Notes under the pieces: generated by a model
Told to the model about the DNA's origin: nothing
Seen by the model: only the letters and a program-made list of their open reading frames with translations
Database searches by the model: none
Shown: one piece after another, positions 10,162-18,457 of the stretch
How positions within the stretch are numbered: position 1 is the stretch's first letter
How the letters are laid out: each line of letters begins with the position of its first letter
Translations under genes and position numbers: made by a program
NCBI GenBank assembly: GCA_903857795.1
Contig: CAIOGM010000077.1
Span: 15,121 to 79,120, forward strand
Direction of reading: 5' to 3'
Source of the DNA: an uncultured Geobacter sp.
Lineage (GTDB): Bacteria; Desulfobacterota; Desulfuromonadia; Geobacterales; CAIOGM01
DNA: 64,000 nt

Positions 10162-10965
10162 ATGCTTCCCGAACATATGACCGACTGGCATAGCCACCTC
10201 CTTCCCGGGCTTGACGACGGCGCTGCGACAGTGGAGGAGGCTCTTGAAATGGCCCTTATCCTGTCCAAGGCCGGGTTCCGCCAGGTCTGCTGTACTCCCC
10301 ACTGCATCAGGGGGAGCTATGACGCTACGGGCGGCCAGGTCCGGGCCGCCGTGCACTCCCTGCAGGGTGAGCTCGACGCCGCCGGGATCGATATTCGGCT
10401 ACGTCCCGGTCGGGAGCATTATCTCGATGAGTTCCTCCCCGACTATCTCGGGACCGATCCTCTCACCCTTGGCGACAGTCGTTACTTCCTCCTGGAGATC
10501 CCCTCCACCCAGGACCCCGAGTATGTGAAGCAGGCCTGCTACCGGATCCGGATCAAGGGGTTCATACCTGTCATAGCTCACCCCGAACGCTGCTCTCTCC
10601 TTTCCCCCCCCAGGCCTAAACCAGTTCAGGGTTCAGGGTTCAAGGTTCAAAACTCTCGGTTTGGTCGTCTGCTCCGCCGCCTCACCGGATCAAACCGGCT
10701 GCGACATGCCTCGGCCTCTGACGCCTCACCGGCGGCGCCCCACACCTCACCCCTTCTCGACTATCTCGTGGAGATTGGCGGGCAGTTCCAGGGGAACATC
10801 GGTAGCCTGGCAGGCATCTACGGGGAAATCCCGGAACGCCGTTCCCGCAGGTATCTGGCGGCAGGGCTCTATACCCTCTATGGCAGCGATGCGCATTCCC
10901 CTCTGACCCTCGAGACGTGGCTCGGTGAAGGGCTGGCGCTTCTGCCGGGAGCAGAGGAGTCTTGA
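10162..10965 (+). CDS. CpsB/CapC-type PHP-family protein-tyrosine phosphatase with a roughly 50-aa low-complexity insertion
   Basis: PHP motifs DWHSHLLPGLDDG, CTPH, IAHPER and GSDAH. The start is moved to ATG 10162. The insertion SPPRPKPVQGSGFKVQNSRFGRLLRRL... is encoded partly by four heptamer units at 10624-10651. Confidence 0.7.
   Translation: MLPEHMTDWHSHLLPGLDDGAATVEEALEMALILSKAGFRQVCCTPHCIRGSYDATGGQVRAAVHSLQGELDAAGIDIRLRPGREHYLDEFLPDYLGTDPLTLGDSRYFLLEIPSTQDPEYVKQACYRIRIKGFIPVIAHPERCSLLSPPRPKPVQGSGFKVQNSRFGRLLRRLTGSNRLRHASASDASPAAPHTSPLLDYLVEIGGQFQGNIGSLAGIYGEIPERRSRRYLAAGLYTLYGSDAHSPLTLETWLGEGLALLPGAEES
10624..10651 (-). repeat. Heptamer array A (inverse orientation): GTTCAGG GTTCAGG GTTCAAG GTTCAAA, inside the CpsB-like CDS
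   Basis: Counted directly. It is the same unit family as the arrays at 15054, 17927, 33126 and 35912, on the opposite strand. Confidence 0.85.
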
Positions 10966-11136
10966 TCGTGCCGGGAAGCATCGGCGCCGATTATCCTCCA
11001 GAATCCGACAGGACTAACCGTGGGTGATGTCGGGATTTCTTACAGCTGTCGTTGGGAACTGTCGGTATTCTTTACACAGTCATGGGGCACCGGTTGTGAT
11101 GTCCCGGTAAGTAGCTGTTATTTTGGCGACATGACT

Positions 11137-11152
11137 TGGCGTGAAGATTGCA
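11137..11152 (+). promoter_or_regulatory. Sigma-54 (-24/-12) promoter upstream of the PEP-CTERM gene
   Basis: TGGCGTG-AAGA-TTGCA matches TGGCACG-N4-TTGCW with GG-N10-GC spacing. It lies 35 nt upstream of ATG 11188, with AAGGAGG as the ribosome-binding site. Confidence 0.55.
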
Positions 11153-11187
11153 AACAGAAAAATAGTTAAACACTCAAGGAGGATAAT

Positions 11188-11883
11188 ATGAAAAGATTAG
11201 TACTCGCAGCAACACTTCTCCTGCTCTGTGCCGGGATCGCAAATGCGGCGGTAAACCTGGTTACCACGAGAGCCGGTCTCAATGGCAACAGTGAGATCGA
11301 TTGGAACGATCTGGGTGGGTCGTCGGCGACAGCAATACCGTCACCTTTCGATATTGCGGTCACGGATTCCTGGAACGGGCAGTCTGCCGGCGTCTCCCTT
11401 AACACGGGTTCGTTCCAGAGAGTTGATCAGGGTGGGGCGAACGTCTGGGACTGGGACGGCAACTTCGCTCCCGAAGAAGCGCTTCTTCAAACCCTTGCGA
11501 CCGGCCATGCCCTCATTACCTTCGATTTCGACACCCTGGTGTTCGGTATCGGCGCCCAGATCCAGCCCGAAGCGTTAGGCGCTTTTACGGCTCAGATCTC
11601 CGCCTACGATCTGTCCGGAACTTTATTGGGACAGTTTACAGAGAATGGCGTGTCGACCTCAGGCGGTGACGACAGCGCGATCTTTATCGGAATTCTTAGT
11701 AATATCGCTAATATTCATGAGGTGACATTCGAGGTCATCAGCAGCAAGGGTCGCGCCTACGATGGCAGCATTTCCCTGAATGAAGTAGACGCGGCGACTG
11801 CCGTCCCCGAGCCTTCCACCTTCATCCTCCTGGCCGCTGGGCTTGGCGGCGCGGCTCTCCTGAGAAGGAAAAAACGGAGCTAA
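11188..11883 (+). CDS. PEP-CTERM sorting-domain secreted protein
   Basis: Signal peptide plus the C-terminal VPEPSTFILLAAGLGGAALLRRKKRS (PEP motif, TM helix, basic tail). Confidence 0.85.
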   Translation: MKRLVLAATLLLLCAGIANAAVNLVTTRAGLNGNSEIDWNDLGGSSATAIPSPFDIAVTDSWNGQSAGVSLNTGSFQRVDQGGANVWDWDGNFAPEEALLQTLATGHALITFDFDTLVFGIGAQIQPEALGAFTAQISAYDLSGTLLGQFTENGVSTSGGDDSAIFIGILSNIANIHEVTFEVISSKGRAYDGSISLNEVDAATAVPEPSTFILLAAGLGGAALLRRKKRS

Positions 11884-11906
11884 CTCGCTTCCCTAACAAG
11901 TAGTGC

Positions 11907-11943
11907 AAAAGAGCCCTGAAGGATTCTCCTCCAGGGCTCTTTT
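11907..11943. terminator. Bidirectional rho-independent terminator
   Basis: AAAAGAGCCCTG-loop-CAGGGCTCTTTT: a 9-bp stem flanked by an A-run and a T-run, sitting between convergent genes. Confidence 0.7.
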
Positions 11944-11993
11944 ACGTCTTCTGTCCTGCTTTGCTCAAAAAAGTGGAGAGCTGTCTCGATTTT

Positions 11994-12410
11994 TCAGCTG
12001 ATCTCCGGCTCCTGGCATTTTCTGAAATGTGCCACCATATCCACATCGCTCTTGTTGACGTGTTGCACGATCCACCTCAGGAGTATTCCTGTCGCTGCTA
12101 CCGCCAATTTGCGCGTTGGCCCTTCCAACTCGAGTTTCTTCTTGAGCTTGGTGATGTCCCGTTCGAAATCCCGGTGTTCCCGGCGATGCGGGTCAGTCTG
12201 AGGATAGCAGTGTTGCACCATTAGCTTGTCTTCGGCATCGAAATGCTCGCTGGAGTAATCGCAGAGAAAGCCTGACAGCTGCGTGATGACCGTGGAGCTG
12301 TTCCCCTGCTGTACCGCTTCCGATAGCTTGTCGTACTGCTCCAGAAGTGCCCGGTGGTGCTGGTCGACTTCTTCGTTGAACAGGAGATTTACGTCCAGTT
12401 GTCGCGCCAT
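11994..12410 (-). CDS. Hemerythrin-like metal-binding protein (bacteriohemerythrin)
   Basis: The histidine/acidic spacing is typical of hemerythrin: VDQHHRALL, EHFDAEDKLM, HRREHRDF and WIVQHVNKSD. Confidence 0.75.
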   Translation of the reverse strand: MARQLDVNLLFNEEVDQHHRALLEQYDKLSEAVQQGNSSTVITQLSGFLCDYSSEHFDAEDKLMVQHCYPQTDPHRREHRDFERDITKLKKKLELEGPTRKLAVAATGILLRWIVQHVNKSDVDMVAHFRKCQEPEIS

Positions 12411-12446
12411 GTATCCTCTCCGTTCTCCTGTTACATCATGAAATGT

Positions 12447-12704
12447 TTACTGGTATTCATCGTCGACCAGTTCCACCCGGCAGACATCATCCCACGCGTA
12501 GTAGGAGGTATGCTTGATGGTCCCCTTGTTTTTGACGACGATGAGGAACTCTTCCGAGGCGTAAACGCTGTTGTCGATATCTACCTGAAAGCCGGAGTTG
12601 TATTTCAGGAAGATGTGCATCTGAAACGCCTCCGGCTTGACGATCATCTCATCCCGCCACCACTCATTCTGTCTGAACAGCTCTTTCCAGATGGAAGCAC
12701 TCAT
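12447..12704 (-). CDS. Hypothetical 85-aa soluble protein
   Basis: An ORF in a visibly lower-GC stretch between the UDP-xylose synthase-like gene and the hemerythrin gene, on the same strand. I recognise no motif. Confidence 0.4.
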   Translation of the reverse strand: MSASIWKELFRQNEWWRDEMIVKPEAFQMHIFLKYNSGFQVDIDNSVYASEEFLIVVKNKGTIKHTSYYAWDDVCRVELVDDEYQ

Positions 12705-12740
12705 GATGATCTCCGCAAAGGGTGGAGGTGAACGTCGTAT

Positions 12741-13682
12741 TCAGCAACTCTTCCCGCTGAGATGCTCCCGAAAATAGTCGATGGTCCTGATAAGACCGCT
12801 TCCCAGGTCCACCTTCGGCTCCCATCCAAGCCGCTCTCCGGCCAGGGAGATATCAGGCTGACGCTGACGGGGGTCGTCGGCCGGGAGCGGGTTGAAGATT
12901 ATCTGTGACGAGGAACCGGTGAGGTCGATGATCCGGCGGGCGAACTCCAGGATGCTTGTCTCTACCGGATTCCCCAAGTTTACCGGACCGGTGAAGTCGT
13001 CGGTGTTCATGAGCCGGATAAGCCCTTCCACCAGGTCTGAGACGAAACAGAAGGAGCGGGTCTGGCTGCCGTCACCGTAGACGGTAATATCCTCCCCTTT
13101 CAGCGCCTGAACGGTGAAGTTGGAGACAACCCGGCCGTCGTGCTCCGCCATCCTCGGGCCGTAGGTGTTGAAGATCCGGGCAATCCGGATATCCACGCCG
13201 TTTTGCCGATGGTAATCCATCATGAGGGTCTCGGCTACCCGCTTCCCCTCGTCATAACAGCTCCGGATACCGATGGGGTTCACGTTCCCCCAGTAGCTTT
13301 CGGTCTGGGGGTGGATCTCCGGGTCGCCGTAGACCTCAGAGGTGGATGCCTGGAGGATCCGCGCCTTGACCCGCTTGGCCAGGCCGAGCATGTTGATGGT
13401 CCCCATGACGCTGGTCTTGGTGGTCTTCACCGGGTTGTACTGGTAGTGGACCGGAGAGGCCGGGCAGGCCATGTTGTAGATCTGGTCCACCTCCAGGAGG
13501 ATCGGCTCGATGATATCGTGCCTGATCAGCTCGAACCGGTGATTATCCATCAGGTGGATGATATTGTCCTTGGAGCCGGTGAAGAGATTATCCAGGCAGA
13601 TGACATCGTGCCCCTCACAGAGGAGTCGTTCGCAGAGATGGGAACCGATAAAACCGGCGCCGCCGGTGATGAGGATGCGCAT
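12741..13682 (-). CDS. UDP-glucuronate decarboxylase (UDP-xylose synthase), SDR family
   Basis: [10 protein letters not shown] Rossmann motif and catalytic YDEGKR. The full length resembles UXS. Confidence 0.85.
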   Translation of the reverse strand: MRILITGGAGFIGSHLCERLLCEGHDVICLDNLFTGSKDNIIHLMDNHRFELIRHDIIEPILLEVDQIYNMACPASPVHYQYNPVKTTKTSVMGTINMLGLAKRVKARILQASTSEVYGDPEIHPQTESYWGNVNPIGIRSCYDEGKRVAETLMMDYHRQNGVDIRIARIFNTYGPRMAEHDGRVVSNFTVQALKGEDITVYGDGSQTRSFCFVSDLVEGLIRLMNTDDFTGPVNLGNPVETSILEFARRIIDLTGSSSQIIFNPLPADDPRQRQPDISLAGERLGWEPKVDLGSGLIRTIDYFREHLSGKSC

Positions 13683-13692
13683 TGAGGTGTCC

Positions 13693-15021
13693 TTACCGTC
13701 CTATGGAGTAGTAGGTGAAGCCGAGGTGGGCCATTCGCTTCGGTTCGAAGAGATTGCGGCCGTCGAAGATGACCGGGGCGTTGAGCTTTTCCCGGAGCAG
13801 GTCGAAGTCGGGGTTCCGGTATTCGCTCCACTCGGTGACGATGATGAGGGCGTCCGCCCCCTCAAGGACGTCATGGCGGTGGGCGCCGTAGCCGATCCGG
13901 TCGCCGAACAGCTTTTGCGCCTCTTTGATCGCCTCGGGGTCGTGAGCCTTCACCGTGGCCCCCAGGTTCAGCAGCCGGTTGATCACCACTTCGGACGGCG
14001 CCTCGCGCATATCGTCGGTGCGGGGCTTGAAGGAGAGCCCCCAGAGTGCGAAGCATTTTCCGGTTAGCGGCTTGTTGGCAGGATCTCCGCCGAAGTGTGC
14101 CAGAACCTTCTCCGCCAGGACCTCTTTCTGCCGGTCGTTGGCCGCTTCCACCGCCCTGAGGATGATGAAGTCGTAGTCGTTCTCCTCCGCCGTCTTGACC
14201 AAGGCCTTCACATCCTTGGGGAAACAGGAGCCGCCGTAGCCGACCCCGGGGAAGAGGAAGTCATAGCCGATCCGGGAGTCAGAGCCGATCCCCTCGCGCA
14301 CGGAGGCCACGTCGGCCCCCATCTTCTCGCAGAGGTTGGCGATCTGGTTCATGAAGGAGATCCGGGTGGCCAGCATGGCGTTGGCCGCGTACTTGGTCAT
14401 CTCGGCGCTCTTGACGTCCATGAGGATCAGACGGTTGGTCCGGCGCATGAAGGGGGAGTAGAGTTCCTTCATGATTTCGGCGGTCCGGACGTTGTCGGCG
14501 CCGATGACCACCCGATCCGGCTTCATGAAGTCATCGATGGCTGCCCCCTCCTTGAGGAACTCCGGATTGGAGACCACGTCGAACTCGATCTCGTCTCCCC
14601 TCTTGGCCAGCTCCTCCGCCACCGCGGCCCGGACCAGGTCGGCGGTCCCCACCGGCACCGTGGACTTGTCTACGATGATCTTGAATCCCTCCATCTCCTG
14701 ACCGATGCTTTTAGCCACGGCCAGGACATGTTTGAGGTCGGCGGAGCCGTCCTCTCCAGGAGGGGTACCCACGGCGATGAAGCTGACCAGGGAGCGCTTC
14801 ACCGAGGCGGCCAGATCGGTGGTGAAGGAGAGTCGCCCCTCCTGCAGGTTACGGAGCACCATCTCCTTGAGTCCCGGTTCATAGATGGGGATGATCCCCT
14901 CTTTCAGCCCGTCGATCTTTGACTCATTGATGTCCACACAGATGACCCGGTTACCGCTCTCGGCAAAACAGGCGCCTGCCACGAGTCCCACATAGCCGGT
15001 GCCGATGATACAGACGTTCAT
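13693..15021 (-). CDS. ugd: UDP-glucose 6-dehydrogenase
   Basis: [14 protein letters not shown] at the N-terminus and the catalytic GGSCFPKD motif. The start is set at ATG 15021, preceded by GGAGG. Confidence 0.9.
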   Translation of the reverse strand: MNVCIIGTGYVGLVAGACFAESGNRVICVDINESKIDGLKEGIIPIYEPGLKEMVLRNLQEGRLSFTTDLAASVKRSLVSFIAVGTPPGEDGSADLKHVLAVAKSIGQEMEGFKIIVDKSTVPVGTADLVRAAVAEELAKRGDEIEFDVVSNPEFLKEGAAIDDFMKPDRVVIGADNVRTAEIMKELYSPFMRRTNRLILMDVKSAEMTKYAANAMLATRISFMNQIANLCEKMGADVASVREGIGSDSRIGYDFLFPGVGYGGSCFPKDVKALVKTAEENDYDFIILRAVEAANDRQKEVLAEKVLAHFGGDPANKPLTGKCFALWGLSFKPRTDDMREAPSEVVINRLLNLGATVKAHDPEAIKEAQKLFGDRIGYGAHRHDVLEGADALIIVTEWSEYRNPDFDLLREKLNAPVIFDGRNLFEPKRMAHLGFTYYSIGR

Positions 15022-15053
15022 GATAGATAACCTCCAATATTGTGAGAAGTGAG

Positions 15054-15109
15054 GAACATAGAACACAGAACCCAGAACATTGAACCCAGAACCCAGAACC
15101 CTGAACCTC
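15054..15109 (+). repeat. Heptamer array B: 8 units GAACATA GAACACA GAACCCA GAACATT GAACCCA GAACCCA GAACCCT GAACCTC
   Basis: Counted directly. It lies between the tgt stop (15122) and the ugd start (15021). Confidence 0.85.
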
Positions 15110-15121
15110 GCCCTTCCGAAC

Positions 15122-16225
15122 TCAGCCTCTCTTGTACTCTTCCAAAAACTCTCGTTTGAAGGGGGCGAATCGTCCCTCTTCGATGGCGCTGCGGCAGCGG
15201 CTCATGAGGTCCAAGTAGAACTGGACGTTATGGATACTGGCGAGGATGGCGGAGAGGACCTCGTTAGCGTTAAAGAGATGGTGCAGGTAGGCGCGGGTGA
15301 AGTTGCGGCAGGTGTAGCAGCTGCAATTTGGTTCCACGGGGAAGAAGTCCCGGCGGTAGTTCTTGTGGGTGAGTCGGATCCTCCCCCGATTGGTGAAGAG
15401 GGTGGCGCTCCGGGCGTAGCGGGTAGGAATGACGCAGTCGAACATGTCCATTCCCCGTTCGACGCTCTCCAGGATGTCTTCGGGAAGGCCGACCCCCATG
15501 AGGTAACGGGGCTTGTCAACGGGGAGAAACGGCTCGGTCATCCCCACCACCTTCTTCAGCAACTCCAGCCCCTCACCCACGGAGACTCCGCCGATGGCAT
15601 AACCGGGGAAATCCATGGCCACCATCTCCTTGGCGCAGAGCTCGCGCAGGTCGGGAAAGACGCTCCCCTGGACGATGGCGAAGAGCGCCTGATCCTTGCG
15701 GGTATGGGCCTTTTGGCACTGCTCGGCCCAGCGGAGGGTCTTGCGGGTGGAGTTGGCGGCGTACTCCCGGTCGCAGGGGTAGGGGATGCATTCATCGAAG
15801 GTCATGATGATGTCGGCCCCCAACGCCTCCTGAATGGCCATGGCCCGGCTAGGGTCAAGGTAGACCTCTTCGCCGGTGATCTCATGTTTGAAGAAGGCGC
15901 CGTCATCGGTGATCCGTTTGTTGGGGAGGGAGAAGACCTGGAAGCCGCCGGAGTCGGTGAGGATCGGGCCGTCCCACCCCATGAAGCGGTGGAGGCCGCC
16001 GGCCTTGGCCACGAGCCCCTCGCCAGGGCGGAGGTGGAGATGGTAGGTGTTGCTGAGGATGATCTGGGCGCCGCTCTCCTTTACCTGGGCCGGAGTCATC
16101 GCCTTCATGGCGGCATGGGTCCCCACCGGCATGAAGATGGGGGTCTCGATGACCCCGTGGGGAGTTTCCAGGCGGCCCCGCCGGGCGGAAGTGGTCGTGT
16201 CGCGTGCGATCAGGGTGAATTTCAT
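15122..16225 (-). CDS. tgt: Queuine tRNA-ribosyltransferase (tRNA-guanine transglycosylase)
   Basis: [30 protein letters not shown] and the zinc site CSCYTC...H. Confidence 0.95.
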   Translation of the reverse strand: MKFTLIARDTTTSARRGRLETPHGVIETPIFMPVGTHAAMKAMTPAQVKESGAQIILSNTYHLHLRPGEGLVAKAGGLHRFMGWDGPILTDSGGFQVFSLPNKRITDDGAFFKHEITGEEVYLDPSRAMAIQEALGADIIMTFDECIPYPCDREYAANSTRKTLRWAEQCQKAHTRKDQALFAIVQGSVFPDLRELCAKEMVAMDFPGYAIGGVSVGEGLELLKKVVGMTEPFLPVDKPRYLMGVGLPEDILESVERGMDMFDCVIPTRYARSATLFTNRGRIRLTHKNYRRDFFPVEPNCSCYTCRNFTRAYLHHLFNANEVLSAILASIHNVQFYLDLMSRCRSAIEEGRFAPFKREFLEEYKRG

Positions 16226-16293
16226 GGGGGTGTCCTGCGTTATGAGGTAAATGACGTTGGAGTATTCCCCATGACGCTCCGTGTGTCAAGATT

Positions 16294-16851
16294 TCAGTTC
16301 AGGCCGGCCAGGAGCGGGAGCTCTCGCGGGGGAGAGGAGAGCGCTTCCCGGGCCTCGCGGATGAAGTGGGGATGCCGTATTTCACCCCCTTTTTCGAGCT
16401 GAAGCCTCGCCGCGGTGCCGCCGGGGAGCTCGATAACTGCGGCGATGACGTCATCGGGTCGAAAGGTCCGGGGCGAATCCGGTGCTACGTCGGGGGCCAC
16501 GGAGAGGATCTCGCCGTCGGCGGAGATGAAGAGGAGATCAAGGGAGATCGCCATGTTTTTCATCCAGATGGCAGGGCGTGTTGGGCGGTCAAACAGAAAG
16601 AGCATGCCGCGATCGGCATCGAGCCCCCTCACATGCGTGAGCCCCTGAGAACGGCGGGCCTCCGTGGCGGCGACCCAGACGGTAAATGGATAGCTCCTGT
16701 CGTGGCTCTTGATGACGACAGAGTCCAGGGGAAACTGATCCAGAGGTTCTCCGCCGTACGGCACGATGAGCGATACGCCGCAGCCAGCCAGCAGCAGGGT
16801 GAGAACGGACAGGAGAACGGCCCGGAGGGGGTGAATGATGGCTGGTCTCAC
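16294..16851 (-). CDS. DUF192 family lipoprotein
   Basis: Lipobox LLLAGCG plus GMLFLF and IWMKNMAISLDLLFI, typical of DUF192. Confidence 0.7.
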   Translation of the reverse strand: MRPAIIHPLRAVLLSVLTLLLAGCGVSLIVPYGGEPLDQFPLDSVVIKSHDRSYPFTVWVAATEARRSQGLTHVRGLDADRGMLFLFDRPTRPAIWMKNMAISLDLLFISADGEILSVAPDVAPDSPRTFRPDDVIAAVIELPGGTAARLQLEKGGEIRHPHFIREAREALSSPPRELPLLAGLN

Positions 16852-16854
16852 GGG

Positions 16855-17754
16855 TCATCCCTCCCGCAGGCGTTGCAGGGCGTCTTTGACCAAGGGGAAG
16901 AGGAAGACCGTTTTTGGTGCCGCACCGTGAAGCAGGTGCTCCCGGTCGTTTCGTCCGCGGCCGGTGGTGCTCCCTGCATCGACCCAGTTGGCGGCCCGGT
17001 AGCAGGTACCGGAGTAGCGGGCGGTATCCACCAGCGTTTCCAGGAGCAGCGGCCGGACCGCGTAGAGTCGCTCCCAGTCATCTGCAATCCGGTCCCCTGC
17101 CATGGCCAGTACCTTGCTGGCCAGATTTTTTATCCGGACCGTTGGCAGGATGAGGAATCTGCTGTTGGTGACGATCTTTTGCAGATTCTGCTTTCGGGCG
17201 GCGGCGTCCCATCCCAGGTACTCGTCCCGCGCGGCCATGCGCCATGCCGGGCTTGAAAATTGCAGGCAGCCGACCACCACCGGGTCGGGATGGTGGATCC
17301 GGATGAAGTAGCGCAGATGTGCCCCGAAGGGGATCCGGTATCCGAGATAGTGGTGACTCTCGATCAGGGAGCGCCACAACCGCTGCTCTTCCTTGCCGGA
17401 GACGAGCACCAGTTCTACGGGGGCGAACTCCCCCACCGTCCCGGTGAGTATCGGCGTCTCCAACGACAGAGTCTTCACGGCAGTTCGTGACCCACGCGGT
17501 TTGCCGGGACGGCCCGGAGGGAGCAGCAGCACCCCCTCCGCGGCCAGCTCTTCGAGAAAATCCCGGCATTCGATGGTCTTGAGTTTGCCCGTGGGGCGTT
17601 GCCACTGGAGTAGTTCGCAGAGCGTACTGGCCAGTTCTGTTCGGGAAAGCCCAGGAAAATCGCCGATCACGGAGGTGATGATAGCCATCTCTGCCTCGCT
17701 GACCGGTTGTCCGCAAAAATGCGCACTCTTGCTATAGGGAACAGTCATCTCCAC
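16855..17754 (-). CDS. DUF4338 domain protein (DruA-like), orphan
   Basis: Motifs HHYLGY, NSRFLILP and LLETLVD...GTCYRAANW...GSTTGRGRNDR match my memory of Pfam DUF4338. The N-terminal roughly 70 aa looks like a winged-helix domain. Confidence 0.65.
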   Translation of the reverse strand: MEMTVPYSKSAHFCGQPVSEAEMAIITSVIGDFPGLSRTELASTLCELLQWQRPTGKLKTIECRDFLEELAAEGVLLLPPGRPGKPRGSRTAVKTLSLETPILTGTVGEFAPVELVLVSGKEEQRLWRSLIESHHYLGYRIPFGAHLRYFIRIHHPDPVVVGCLQFSSPAWRMAARDEYLGWDAAARKQNLQKIVTNSRFLILPTVRIKNLASKVLAMAGDRIADDWERLYAVRPLLLETLVDTARYSGTCYRAANWVDAGSTTGRGRNDREHLLHGAAPKTVFLFPLVKDALQRLREG

Positions 17755-17758
17755 CCCT

Positions 17759-17786
17759 CCTCTAGGTTTTCATGCTAACCTAGAGG
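17759..17786 (-). promoter_or_regulatory. Perfect 10-bp inverted repeat CCTCTAGGTT-N8-AACCTAGAGG overlapping the Shine-Dalgarno sequence of the DUF4338 gene
   Basis: Read directly. On the coding (minus) strand it reads CCTCTAGGTTagcatgaaAACCTAGAGGAGGGGTGGAGATG. Confidence 0.45.
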
Positions 17787-17926
17787 AACGGAAACGAAAT
17801 GTCCAGCACTTTTTTCTCACGGTAAGGAGATGTCCAGGAGCGAGAGGACGATCAATGAGGCGGGAGTTTACTGCCGTAAATGAAGGAGAGGGGAGTCGCG
17901 GAGAAAAATAAGGATGCTACAACAGA

Positions 17927-18024
17927 GAACCCAGCACCTTGAACCAAGAACCTTGAACCCAGAACCTTGAACATAGAACCTTGAACATAGAACCTTGAAC
18001 ATAGAACCTTGAACCCAGAACCCT
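17927..18024 (+). repeat. Heptamer array C: 14 units including (GAACCTT GAACATA)x3
   Basis: Counted directly. It ends 3 nt from the ykgJ-like stop codon (18028-18030). Confidence 0.85.
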
Positions 18025-18027
18025 TCT

Positions 18028-18306
18028 TTACGCCTTTTTCTTCCGTCGGGTGAGTCCCAGTTCCTGCCGGTAGCCGCAGCCGTCGTGGAGCCACCGCAGT
18101 TCCGGGACCAGCTCTTCGGTCAGCTTGATGCATTCAGGGTTGATCTGAAAGCGGCGGTCATAGATGCTGCAGTCACGGCTGACCACGTCCAGGTAGCGAC
18201 AGGGGATGCTCGTATAGAAGATGGCCCCGTCTTGGTCTTCGATCTTCTCGAAGCAGCACCGGCCGCAGTGGTGGCAGAGTTCTTCCCAGATTCCAGTATC
18301 GCTCAT
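18028..18306 (-). CDS. YkgJ/UPF0153 family cysteine-cluster protein
   Basis: CHHCGRCCFEK and the later C..L....CSIYDRR pattern. The start is placed at ATG 18306 (18318 is the alternative), not at the long ORF start 18552. Confidence 0.65.
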   Translation of the reverse strand: MSDTGIWEELCHHCGRCCFEKIEDQDGAIFYTSIPCRYLDVVSRDCSIYDRRFQINPECIKLTEELVPELRWLHDGCGYRQELGLTRRKKKA

Positions 18307-18387
18307 GGGGGGGAGCATACAGGCAAGTGGTGGACGTGTCAATAAAGGTAAAAACGGCGGCCGAGATAACCGGTTCATCTTTCTTGG

Positions 18388-18416
18388 TTGAACGGAGCGT
18401 CGGGGCAAGGTATAAG
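18388..18416 (+). promoter_or_regulatory. Sigma-70-type promoter for ppx
   Basis: TTGAAC, a 17-nt spacer, then TATAAG, about 40 nt upstream of ATG 18458. Confidence 0.4.
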
Positions 18417-18457
18417 AGCGAGGAGACGGTTTTGGATTATGAACTCCGGAGGATGAG

